From positions 1 to 64,000 of the forward strand of contig JALJEE010000986.1 of assembly GCA_023231475.1 (NCBI GenBank): a stretch of 64,000 bases of DNA, read 5' to 3'. A program made the position numbers and the translations under genes. Shown here piece by piece: positions 29,255-41,376 of this stretch. The notes under the pieces were generated by a model. It had not been told where the DNA came from. It did no database searches and worked only from the letters and a program-made list of their open reading frames with translations. Position 1 is the first letter of the stretch, and the number at the start of each line of letters is the position of its first letter. Source of the stretch: Seison nebaliae (lineage: Eukaryota).

Positions 29255-31216
29255 CTAGTTGAGAGAGGAGGTGGTGGAGGTGGTGTTGGATGAGGAAGCG
29301 ATTCCTAAACGTTCGCCCAATCGATAAAGTCGACGTACCATTTGTCCTTGGAGGAGATTGAGAATAGTTGCTATTAAAATCATTCCCAACAACAAATAAA
29401 GACCACACGCGATCAATTGATTTCTATCTACTTCGATCTCATTTCCATCGATTGCGACTTGAGGGCATTTACGATATCGTTCTCTTTTCGTATGATGAAT
29501 TGGAAGAACATCACCAAAACCGATTGTTGTTAATGTAGTGAAACAGAAGTACAACATATCAACCGCACTCTCTAATCTCCATTCGATTACTGGAACTTTA
29601 ATCTTTAATTCACGACAAGCATTCCATGTTATCAATTCTTCCAACACATAAAACATCGTCGCTCCCAATATCAGATAGAATGGAATCGCCAATATCGCTT
29701 TTAATGGAACATTTATTTTAAATTGTTGTTGTTGTTGTCGTTGAGGTTCATTATTTGATGTTTCATTATTATTTTCGTTATCATAAGTTTCTTGTTCGGT
29801 GTCGGGTGTTTGTGGTGTATCGAAAGCGATTCGTTTCATTGAAGATCTTCGACGTTGTGGAGATTCATCTAATTGATCATCCGAATTACCTTCAACATCA
29901 TTCTTCGGAAATTGTTTCTTTCGATCAATCCACGAATTTACTTGATCCATCGTCTCCTCTCGTCGTTGTCGTTTGGATAGATATCGATCTTTGGAAATCT
30001 TCTTTGATTCTCTCATTGGAAATCGTTCGAAATCGAATGATGATGATTCTGAAAATGATGATATGGTCATAGGTGGGGCGAATTTCGAATTTATATGATT
30101 TATCGAATGACGATAATTGTCATTATGGCGATTTTTAATAGAGAGAGAATGATGTAATTGATCACCGGTAGTTGATGTGGTTGTTGTCAATGGCGGCGTT
30201 ATCGAAGTATGATGTGACTCGTTTCTATCTGTAATTAATCTTCTTAATGCAGCTATCGCTTTCTTTTCCGTTTCACGACGATTCTCCGTATTATTCTCAT
30301 CTTGTATCGAATCCACAATCGATTGATTCGATAAACGAATATCATAAATCTGATTATCATTCTCTTTCGTTATCTTCTGCTCATCATTTGCCACGATACT
30401 AATTGGTGGTTTTGGATTAACAGTACTAAACGAATTTGCCACCATCGATTTTCTTCTTTTCATTTCAATCGGTCTCCTGTACAACGCCCGTACCGTAATC
30501 GCTATCGACGATCCGATATTCGCCACAAACAGAGCCATCAACGGAATTCCTATGGCACTATAGACAATCGTTACGATCTTACCCAAATTCGTATGGCATG
30601 TCAGATGACCATATCCTACAAATCAAATAAGAAAACGGTTTTCTTATTATTAAAGTTTTGAAAAAAAAATTGCTGATTTTTTATAATAGAAGAATTTTCT
30701 TTTTAAAAATTTCTATTTGTTAATTAGAATGAGAATCAAAAATATTTAAATTTGGGTTGTACAAAAATTTTTTTTTCAGATTTTTTCATGATAAAAAAAT
30801 TACGAACCGATTGTGGAGAGGAGAGTAAGTGCGTAGAGTATAGAAGAGAAGAGATTCCATTCTTTTTCGAAAATGCCACGTTTCCTTATTCTTGTTCCCG
30901 CTTTCATGCTCATCGTTTTGATGGTATTATTCTCGAAACGTCGAATAATCGGTTCGATCTCTTCGAACCAGATTAATAATGAATTGACATCTTGATTATA
31001 AAGGACACTATGTATTTGTTCAGTCGCTTCATTTCGAACACTTGATAACGATGTTTGTAGTTCTTTAGCGCGTTTCAGTTCGATATATCGAAATAAATAA
31101 CCACCAGCAAATAAGTATAAGAGTAAAACACAACAAAGTACAATGCGGGATACGGTGAAAGTACAACATTTCCTACAAAAGATCCCACAACGTTTACGAC
31201 AAGGCTGTTCTTTCAT
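29255..31216 (-). CDS. Two-pore-domain potassium channel (TWIK/TWK/KCNK18-like); at least 2 exons
   Basis: Pore 1 LSTIG|YGH is split by a GTTCGT intron (about 30616-30806). Also GKIVTIVYSAIGIPL, pore 2 YFCFTTLTTIGFGD, four TM segments and a long M2-M3 loop. Confidence 0.9.
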
Positions 31217-31608
31217 TTGTTTTGTTTTTCTTCTTTTCAAGATTGACCCAAATTTTAAATATTAGAGAGAAATTATTTTTCTCTGCATAAAAATTTTCGG
31301 CTTGTTTTTACAGACAACTAATACACTTCACTTCTTTTCGAACCTACCGCAAATCGGTGATTTGATTACTGCGTATTAGGCGAACGGTTCTTATAAGATG
31401 ATTCGTTCTTATGATTAGAGAAGATAGGAAGTTGATGTATATGGTGAATGGTTGGCAACGATTTACTGGTAAGTAAATGTAATGATGAATCGATTATAGT
31501 ATAGAAATATACATGGGGTTGTATCCGGTTCTTCTTCTCATAAAATTTGTTTGCATTGACGATACATGGAAGAATTTTAACGATTCCCTGACTTCTCATT
31601 CGATTATA

Positions 31609-31639
<31 letters not shown>

Positions 31640-34119
31640 CGATATGAAACTTTTGTAATTGCTCCACCTAATTTATTATAATGTCTTCATTCCATACACG
31701 AGAAAGTTGAATGCGTGTTCCCTTACTCCAATTCTCAATTTAATATGTGCACCAGATAATTTATCTCATCAAAAGAGACGAATTCTAATGAAACCAAATA
31801 AAAAAAATTTTTAATTTTCTATTAATAATTCATTTGGTAAATCTTCTCCTTTTACTGTTTTTACAATTAAACGTCTGATAAATTTTGACGTTTATATTAA
31901 CAACATCCCATTCCATCACTACTTCACTCGTCGATTTATAGGAAGAAACATGAAAATTTCTAACGTCAATATTATTCCTATCCATATTCATAATATTCTT
32001 CAGTTTACTCAACGATATGATCGGGAATCTCTCCAACGAATTCCCATTTGAAAATGGTAAGGACTTGTCCATTATTTTCCTGACACAATATAGATTCAAA
32101 ATTGATTTTAGCTAACAATAAATAAGATCAACAATCATTAACTATCTTAATTCTATTCTAAATCGTTTAGATGATTTTTGAAGAAATTTATCTTGGATAA
32201 AATTTTATCCAAAATAAATTAAATATTTTGATTAAATCATCATTTGGTTAAATATTCGTTTCAGAATGAAATCTATTTTTCTTTATTTTCCAATAATTAT
32301 TCTCTTTTACATTCTATCGAGGGAATGTCCTTGTGAATTGAAATGAAAGAACTTAATTACCACCAGGCCGGGAGAACGTCATACAAATAACTTATTTAAT
32401 GAGTTTAATTGGAAAAAAGGGATTATACGAAAATAAAAATTTAAAGATGAATTGAGAAACAATCAAAATTCCGGTAAATATTGACGTGAAAGAAGTGGAA
32501 TTGAAAGATATATAGTCAATAACTTTTAACGGATATATTTGTTACGTATCAACATTGTTGTGCGTAGTAAAGAGGTAGAAGATCGAAGAAAATGATAAAC
32601 ACTAATTTTCACTTAACTTATTTCGAATAATTTCGTTGCTCAAATGGAATTATATATCGACAATGGAAGTTATTTGGAATGAAATAATGAGAGACCAGAA
32701 ATAGAAAAATAAAAAAATTAATTACATTATTCTTCTTAAGGAATTATTGATTGTCCTGCCTCCCCAATTGACGTTTGGTTAATGAAGATCATTCAATATG
32801 ATTTTGGTAGGATGATGGGACGAATGAAGATGGAAATGTGATTTCATATTTAAAAATTTCAATAACAATTATTGGAATTAAATGGAAGTGGAGGTGAATG
32901 GAGTTTGGTGAATGTGAGAATAATTAATTTCTCTTTCTCCGTTTCCGGTAATGTGATATAAAATAATTTAAAAAATTTTCCTTTCTTCTCATATCGATGT
33001 GGATATTCATACATGTGGATGATCGGCCGCCGAGAATTATACAAACAGATCCACAATATATAAATGGAATAAAATGGGAAAATAAACTTTCATTAATTTC
33101 TTCCTTCTTCACTCATGAGCACTTCGTCTAATGCTTTGTTGTCGATGAATGAGAAGTGTAAGATTATGTTCAGTTCAGATCAGTTCAATTCGGTTCAGTG
33201 CCATTCTTTCTATTGGATGAACTTCTTTGAATTTTCTCCTTTCTCAATTCCTTCTCAATAGCGAAAAGAATTGATAATGATGCCGACAATGATAATTATG
33301 CTCTCCAGTCCGATGAACGGTTGCATACTTCATTTGTACTTGAAGGTCATTGTTATTGAGGTCGTCACTTTCGAATAAACTGAAAGAATCATTCCTCCGG
33401 TGATCGGTGAGATGAAAGCTGCTCCCATTTGTGCGTTATTCATTCTCATCAACTAGATGAAAGATTCATCATCATCTTCAACAACAACAACAACAACTTC
33501 ATCTTTATTCTTCTTCTTCCTTCAAGAGACAACAACAAATTCAACGTTCATGTTCAACTAATTAGTATATTATTGCACTTGTTCTTCCACCATACATCAA
33601 TCACGTTAGGAAAATAAGGAAATTCATTCATCAATCAAATATGTACACAGGCGGAATATCCAATAAATAGAAATGTCTGCTACTTCTTGTCTTCCTATAA
33701 ACGTATTCTCACAGGCATCACTTGGATCCGTCTCAATCCAACTCCTTCTTATTACCCACTCCTACAATCCACCCTACTTATTCATCCACTTCTCATTCCA
33801 CACAGAATATAAATCAGTTCTATTGTACAACTTTAATAAATTTTAGAATTTTCAAATTAACGAACAATTGCTCCGAAACAAATCTTCTTCAAGTCACATT
33901 AATCTCGACGACTCAATTAAATTTTCTCAGAAATAATTTGGGATGTGGAAAATGTGGAGAATTTTATTGAATTAATTGTTATTTTGGGGATGAAAGATTT
34001 GAATGAAATTGAATAAAAAAACTTTGTTTAAAAAGAATGGAATGTTGATGGAATGAATAGTTTGGAAATAGAAAATTTCTGAGATTCTTCAAATACAAGA
34101 GAAATTAATTATGAAATAA

Positions 34120-35520
34120 TTAAATAGAATGGATAAATTGAAAAAGAATAATGAAAAGAAAAGGAGATTTGAGAGAATTGGCAATGGATGATGATGGATC
34201 AATAACTAACTGAACTTCCGACGATTGAATTCGAGATCCGAATCTCGCTGTCAATTTATAAGAACCTGCATCAACCAATTGAGCTTGATGAATTATTAAT
34301 GTAATTCGTCGTTCATCATCATTCGTTGACTTTTCTGAATGTAAAGAATATCGTTCATTATCCTTAATTTCACGTACGGTCGAATCGATCGACTTATGAT
34401 ACCATCGATATGATGGAAATGGCCAACCGCTGACAACACATTGAATTTCACTCTCCTCTCCAATTTTCCTATACAGTTTTATTATATATTCTTCTTTCTC
34501 ATTTTGTTGTTGTTGTTGTTGATTATCGATGTCGTCGATAATATTTGATCGATATTCTCCCCATACACCAGAACTGATGAAATATAAAGGGTCATTCAAT
34601 TTATTCATATCGATATTCTCATTCGAATTCTGTTCGTTCTCGTTGTTGTTGTTGGTTTGGAAGGAGGAGAAACATTGAACTTCTGGATCGAACTCCACCG
34701 AAATATCCGTTTCAACTCGTTTCATACCCAAATCATTCGTTCCCGTACAAATATAAGTTCCACGATATTCGCGTTTCATATTTCGAATAAATAAAGTCGC
34801 GTTATCATGATAACGACCACCATCTGGTAACAATTTACCACCTTGACGTTCCCAAATGATAGTGGGTGGAGGAAATCCAGTCAAATTACAAAATAATGTC
34901 AAATTATCTCCAATACCGATTGTTCGCGGTTCCGTCACTTCAGACAACATTGGCGCGGAAAAAATATCAATTCTGACTCGTCTCTTGTTCTGTCCTAACG
35001 AATCCTCCAATTCACACATTATATATCCACGATCATCCGGCATGATCGGTCGAATGGTCAAATGGAAAACTTCTTCACTTTCACGTCTCGCCGAATATCG
35101 ACCATTTCTCGTTTCGGAAATATGAGAACCTGATCCCAATGAAATTTTACTAAACTTCTCATTTGACGGTGAATAATACCAGAGTATATCCGTCGGACTC
35201 AACACATTCGTTATGCGACATGTCACTATCAAATTCTCACCAGATTTCGGTCGATTATTGTTCAACGTCAACGATTCGATTTGGACACTCGTCATCGTTT
35301 GACGACGCATCCGTCGTCTTTTGTGCACAACTCCACATTGTAAATGAGCAATATCTCTAAACGTTATTTTCGTACATGACTCCAATGCCGAATCGTCCAC
35401 ATAGTTAACGAGTTGTATTGAGAATTTGAAAAGGAATGAGATGAATAATAAAATAATGGAAGGAAAATGGTTCATTTTTGCCAAGCCAAAGATTTGAATA
35501 ACCGCCAAAATATAACACAT
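34120..35520 (-). CDS. Three-Ig-domain cell-surface protein (lachesin/DIP/IgLON-like, probably GPI-anchored; intronless)
   Basis: Signal peptide, basic RRRMRR site, three Ig repeats (DDRGYIMC, LFCNLTGFPPPTIIW...YRGTYIC, QCVVSGWPFPSYRW...DAGSY) and a hydrophobic C-terminus. Confidence 0.8.
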   Translation of the reverse strand: MCYILAVIQIFGLAKMNHFPSIILLFISFLFKFSIQLVNYVDDSALESCTKITFRDIAHLQCGVVHKRRRMRRQTMTSVQIESLTLNNNRPKSGENLIVTCRITNVLSPTDILWYYSPSNEKFSKISLGSGSHISETRNGRYSARRESEEVFHLTIRPIMPDDRGYIMCELEDSLGQNKRRVRIDIFSAPMLSEVTEPRTIGIGDNLTLFCNLTGFPPPTIIWERQGGKLLPDGGRYHDNATLFIRNMKREYRGTYICTGTNDLGMKRVETDISVEFDPEVQCFSSFQTNNNNENEQNSNENIDMNKLNDPLYFISSGVWGEYRSNIIDDIDNQQQQQQNEKEEYIIKLYRKIGEESEIQCVVSGWPFPSYRWYHKSIDSTVREIKDNERYSLHSEKSTNDDERRITLIIHQAQLVDAGSYKLTARFGSRIQSSEVQLVIDPSSSIANSLKSPFLFIILFQFIHSI

Positions 35521-35949
35521 ATTTTTTTTGTAATTTCCTTAAAATTAGGAGAATAAATCATTTAGAACTGGCTGATGAGGAAGAAGAATGGAACTATTCT
35601 TTTCCCAATAATTAGATAATAATTAGATATTAATTCCATCTTCTAATAATGCTTTAACTGAAAATTATTTTTTATTTTCAAATTGAATTGGAGTGAAAAG
35701 AATTTCTTTTCGGAATCGTATGGAAATTAGGTAAAATTTATGAGAAAATTTATAATAGGAACTACCGATAAACTTTGTTGATTATCCATATATGTGATAT
35801 ATATTGGCTTCAAATATGATATAACTGCACTTAGCGGTATATGGTTGAGATGTAAAAGATGATTTGGATAATTAGAAGAAAAATGAGAAATAAGATTTGA
35901 TTCATTTCTTAATAATTCAGTTAAATTGCTGTTCATTGGTGAACTGTTA

Positions 35950-38118
35950 TCAAGTATCGATGTTCAATATGGAATACGGACATTCACCATAAATGATGGT
36001 CATACTATCAGATTTTGTATTTCCGACCGACTTGTTATCTTTAGATGTGGTGACGTTAGATAAACAACGTCGTCTCTTTGGTATTCGATGAGAGGATGGT
36101 TGACGGTTCGATTTATTCAACCCGACTAACTTGGTGGAATCGATTGATGAGCTGGATTGTGAGCGGTCGAACTTACGCTTCTTGATCAGAGAGAGAAGAT
36201 GATTATTCAGATACTCCTGATTATTCAGACTACTCCGTTCGATATTTTTTGATAGCCGTACTTTTGATGAGGGCCGTGAAGAAACATAATAATTTATGAT
36301 TCGATTATCATTTTCATTGAGGTGATAAATGGACGACGAATTCTCACTGAAACAATTTTTCGTAGTTTTATTCTTTCGATTTGGCATTAGATAATTATCG
36401 ATCTCTGAATATGTTAGATGATTCGTCAAATAGTTTTGTCTCGAACTGTTTCGATGAGAATGATTGTTTAATGAAGATGTCAAATGTCTTTTACGGAAAT
36501 CGTTGTCAACAAATTTTGGTGATTTATTGTCGTCTGAAATCGATCTAGCACCAACTGCCAAACGTTTATTATGAGAAGTTGGTTGTGATCTGAAAGATTT
36601 AGACGTTATGATTGGTGACGGTTGTAGAACGTTTACATGATCAAGATCTTCCATAAAATTTCCATCAAATAAACTTTCATGACAAAGCGGAAGATCTTGA
36701 ATTGAGAGAGATGATAATGTTTGTGATGGTGTTTGTGTGAGATAATTGTTTGGAGGAAATTTATTGAACGAAGACGTTTCATTATTGGAATTGTTGTTGG
36801 GATTGTCGATGTAATAAGTTGAATATCTCATATTGACAGATGGTATAAATAAACGGGAACAAGCGTAACATTGTCGTTCTAATAATTTCATATTTCTAAT
36901 CGAATTGACCATATAATTATATTCGTTCATATTATTAATCATAGATGTTCCTGTCGAATAATTGTAAGATGATGGTGGTGTGAATGAATAATTAGTTAAA
37001 TGACTTCTATTCTCATTTCTATTCTCTATCAATCTCAACGGAATAGTTGAGGATTGAGTAGACGTCGAATAATTACCTCCAATAGTCCCACCACCGTCAT
37101 TATTACTATTATTAGTAACATCACCCGTTGAACGGTAATTACAACCATAGTGGTTTCGTAAATGTTGACCATAATGATTGTGGTGAAGATGATGATGATG
37201 ATGATAATGATGAAGATAATATTGTTGTTGTTGTTGCTGTTGTTGTTGTTGTTGTGTGAAGGAATTGTGTTCATTATTAACTGTTAAACATTTTTCGGAT
37301 GAAATCCGATTTTGACTGATTTTCTTCGAAAATCTTCCGGATGATTCCCCATCTCGTTCAGGAATATGAAGAGCTGAACGACATTTGGAAGTGTAATTCC
37401 CATAATTGAATGCATCAGTTGGAACGATCTTTGATACTGATTCATTCTCTTCCCAATTATTATCTTTGATCATTTGCGTCATTTCGATTACGTATTTGCC
37501 TTCCTTATATCGTTGGTTCAATTCGAATGCTTTCTCCTTTTAGTGGAATGAGAAAGAAATTCTTAAATTTTCTTTAAAAATACAAATTTAACATATTTCC
37601 ATCCCAATGTACTATTACATCCTCCACAATGAATATCCGCCACCGAATGTAAACCCGTCAATAAAAGTCGTTCCTCCGCTTTCAATTTCTTGATATTCAC
37701 TCTAAAATCATATGAAAATAGAAACGAGAACATATATATGAAAATGATGAGGAATCATTTAAAAAAAAAGGAAAAAAGATAATAACACCGATCGAAATAA
37801 ATAAGCTCTTCCTTGACTGCCTTGGAATGATTTGGATATGAGGTCCTCGTGGTTCGCCAAATGCGTCCGACAATGTGAACACGAATAGATGCGAGTGATG
37901 GTTGGTAGATATTGATGGAAAGTTTTTCGTCGTCTATATCTGTCTTTTGTCGACGAAAATTTTATATGATTCTCTTTGAAATTCCTCCTCAATAATAAGG
38001 ACAAGTTTGTTCTCATACGACGACGAATTAACCGACGAAAGAATCTCGATACACGATTCCTCGATCGATCGATATTATTATTATTATTATCGTTATTATT
38101 ATGATTATTAGTTTCCAT
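35950..38118 (-). CDS. YPEL: Yippee-like (YPEL1-4 type) protein with about 500-aa C-terminal extension; 3 exons
   Basis: KTFHQYL...[45 protein letters not shown]...[21 protein letters not shown]. Two GTT-AG introns join it to ORF 35950-37521. Confidence 0.88.
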
Positions 38119-40424
38119 GATTGGAGAAAGTTCAAAGAAATGCCACAATTAAAAGGAGAAAGAAGATTGTGAAAAGATTGTATGGAATTTATTGGAAAGT
38201 CGAATCATATTGTTTTGTCGGAGAATATTGGAGAAGAGGATTGTTTTTGTCGCATCCTGCATCGTCCTTATCTCCTTCACATTTATTGGCGATGGTTAAC
38301 TAACTAGCAAGTTAGTAGGTGGTATAATTCTGGTTAGTTAGTTAGTTGGGTCAATCGATGGATGGATGGATGGACGGATATTATTAATGAAGAAAGAATT
38401 AATTATAATTATTATGGAATAACAATTTCCTGCTGAGGAATAAAGAAGGAAAGATTGATTAGAAATTATGGGGAGGAAGATTGATGGAGAATGGGAGAAA
38501 TTGCGATAAAAATGAATGGAATTTGGGACGACGACGACGATCGTCTATCTCTTATGTATCATTCCATTGAACCAGAACAACTAAATTTGTAAATGCAGAT
38601 ATTGTGCTTCATATCTAATTATCTTTATTACACATATTCACAGAAAAACAAACTAATATTGAGGAATATGTCCATTTATTTTCCGTACATATATGGAAAT
38701 TGATCGATTCGAATGGAATTGGGTGAACATAGAAATCTATGATGACCGAATGACATTGAGCAACTGTAGACAGTCCGCACCGACGACGAACATTTTCCTA
38801 TTCCCCCCACTGATATCATGAGGAAGGAGAGTAGCAGAGTAGTAGTCGTCATATTAAGTAGTGCTCCAAAATATATGTATAGACAAATATTTAATAGTGT
38901 GCGAATGAGAAACAACGATAAGAACAACAGTGAATAGAGGACGAAAGTACAAAAATACTTTCGTGTCATACTCTATATAACATTCGATCATACATGGCAA
39001 TATATCTCTAATTATATATCCCAATTCTTCTACATTAATGAGATGAATGACGTTTTCATCATAGAGAATCCATAAAAATTCCCGGATTACCGGTGAGAAA
39101 TCATCATTTCATTTTTCCTATCCGACATAAATTAGATTGCTTTAATTCCATTTTTTTCGCTTTTCTCTCTTCTCCTTCTTTCATCTCCTTTTCTCTCTCA
39201 AATCCTTCCCTAACAATTCTATAATTCTTCAAAAATTTTTTCTTGAAAAATTCGCATAAAAATATTCATTTTCTTATTAAAATCAAATCGACAATTTTAT
39301 TAACTTAAATTTTTTTTTCTTTCTTTAACAAACACTCATCTTCATTCTAATTCGTCTTTTTTTTTCATATGAATAAATTAAATTTAATGCAATTTCTTTT
39401 TCTTCTTGTGCTACATATAAATATTTCAAATAATCTATTTTAATGATAATTGGAGAGTATTCAGGAGAATTTTATTCAGAAATTATTATGTCATTAGAAG
39501 AATATCATGGACTCCATTTTCTGATTGTGCAAACAAACATGGTGGGTAACGGTGTAGAGAGTTTTCCGTCATTTCGATCGACTAATATTATCATAGATAC
39601 GTCATTTCTTTTATTACGTACGTGTTTGCACCAATTCGAATGATCAATGAAAACTACTCGATCTTTTTATGAAGAAGAATAATTGAAAGAAAGATGTATT
39701 ATTATCCCCCGCTCTCTAATATTATCTGTCTTCCTCATTATTCAAATATATTTAGAAGGAAAATATTGTGTTGAACAATCTCATTGGGATAATAATGTTG
39801 AAGAATTATGATGAAGAAAATATAGAGAAATTTCTCAATCAAATTCTTCTCCTTAAATATTATTCATATCTACCTAGCCAATTAACCGAGTCATCATGTG
39901 TCCAATTTCTTCTAATTTATTCCAATCTCCTAATAATACCACTCTCCACTTACTAGTCTTTTATTAATCTACTTATGAATTCAATTTCCTTCCAAATATT
40001 GTCTTTTTCCTACCCAATATTACTAGTACTATTCCAGTTAACTAAATATCAAGTTACCGAGCTGACTTTTCCATCCGTTACTAAAATTATGAAAGGACGA
40101 GATTGTTTAGGAACACAATCTCCTTATTTGCACCTTAAACAACCGACAATTGGCTAATCAACAAGATGAATTACACGAAACGAAAACGATTATTTTCTTT
40201 AATATGGATGTAAGTCCCTGTAGGACAATCAATCAATTTAAATAAAATATCAAGACGTTCGTCCTTTGAAGGAAGTTTACAGCATTTTAGTATATCATCT
40301 TTTAAATTGTCAGAGACCAAATAAGCGATGAAGAATTGATATATCAATTCTCTTTCATTATACTCACAGACGATTTAATATATGGTAATAAATTGTTCAA
40401 AAATGGAATAGGAAATTCAGAATA

Positions 40425-40899
40425 CCATTCCCAGTCAAGTTTTAACCAGTATATATCAAATTTTAACTTCTTTATATGATTTTTTAACTGAAAAATATAA
40501 ATTTTAATTCGAAAAATTTGAGTTTCAGTTCGTCAAATTCAAATTTTCACACCTATTTTCTACCCCTATCTCAAATTAAAATTTTAACTCGAATAATGAT
40601 TTTTTAACTCATCAATTTAAGTAATTAACTTATAAAAAGCTTGTTTTAACTTAAAAAACTCAAATTTAATTCATTCAATTCAATGAGGTCATTCATTTCC
40701 ATACATATTGAATAATATTTTCTTGCGTGGAGAATATAATTTTGAATGTTATGTTTGTTAATTCGTCTTCTACTTCTTTTGAAAAAATTCTGTAATTTTT
40801 TTATACGATATTCACCCAACGTTTCACCATTCCGTCATCCACAATTTACTACGAAATAAGAAATTACGTAAGACTGGTTAAAACTTGACCAGGGAATGG
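40425..40899. mobile_element. MITE / non-autonomous DNA transposon, about 475 bp, flanked by TA
   Basis: Left end CCATTCCC-AGTCAAGTTTTAACCAGT (40425-40450). Right end ACTGGTTAAAACTTGACCAGGGAATGG (40873-40899) is its near-perfect inverted repeat. TA lies on both sides and the interior is AT-rich and non-coding. Confidence 0.8.
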
Positions 40900-41376
40900 T
40901 ATAGTGCTGAAAGATATCGCTTAGTCAATAGTATCGGAACCGGAAGTAGATCAACGATAGAGAACATGAATGCTTTTGAAGCGTTTACATCTTAAAACCG
41001 TTCGAACACAACCATTTTTTGTTCGATTTAAAGTGCACATTGATTTTATTAAGAACAAAATGGTTGTGTGTCGGTCGTAGTGATGACAGTGAAGAATGTG
41101 TGAACAACTTAAATTTAGTTTATAAGAGAAGGAGAAAGATAATTAAATTATTCTAAAATATTTAATTTAATTTCAAAAAGTTTCATAACTCCACTAAATT
41201 CCACTTTCGGTCAATCCGAACTAAATATGAAGAAAACTGAATTTAAAAATTGAAAGATAATTTCATATATCATACAGAATATTACTCGAGAAATATTTCC
41301 TTGTTGTCATAGTGTTGATGATTGATGAAAAAATTATGATTTTCGATTAGGAAAATTTTCAAGAGATGAACTTCAA

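Noticed and set aside
31366..33430. Short minus-strand ORFs (77-89 aa) upstream of the K2P gene
   Set aside because: They may be upstream exons or UTR, but I could not build a consistent spliced frame or see homology.
40907..40995. Frame reading AERYRLVNSIGTGSRSTI, resembling a kinase Gly-rich loop
   Set aside because: It is very short, stops at about 40995, has no other kinase subdomains nearby, and overlaps a probable transposon end.
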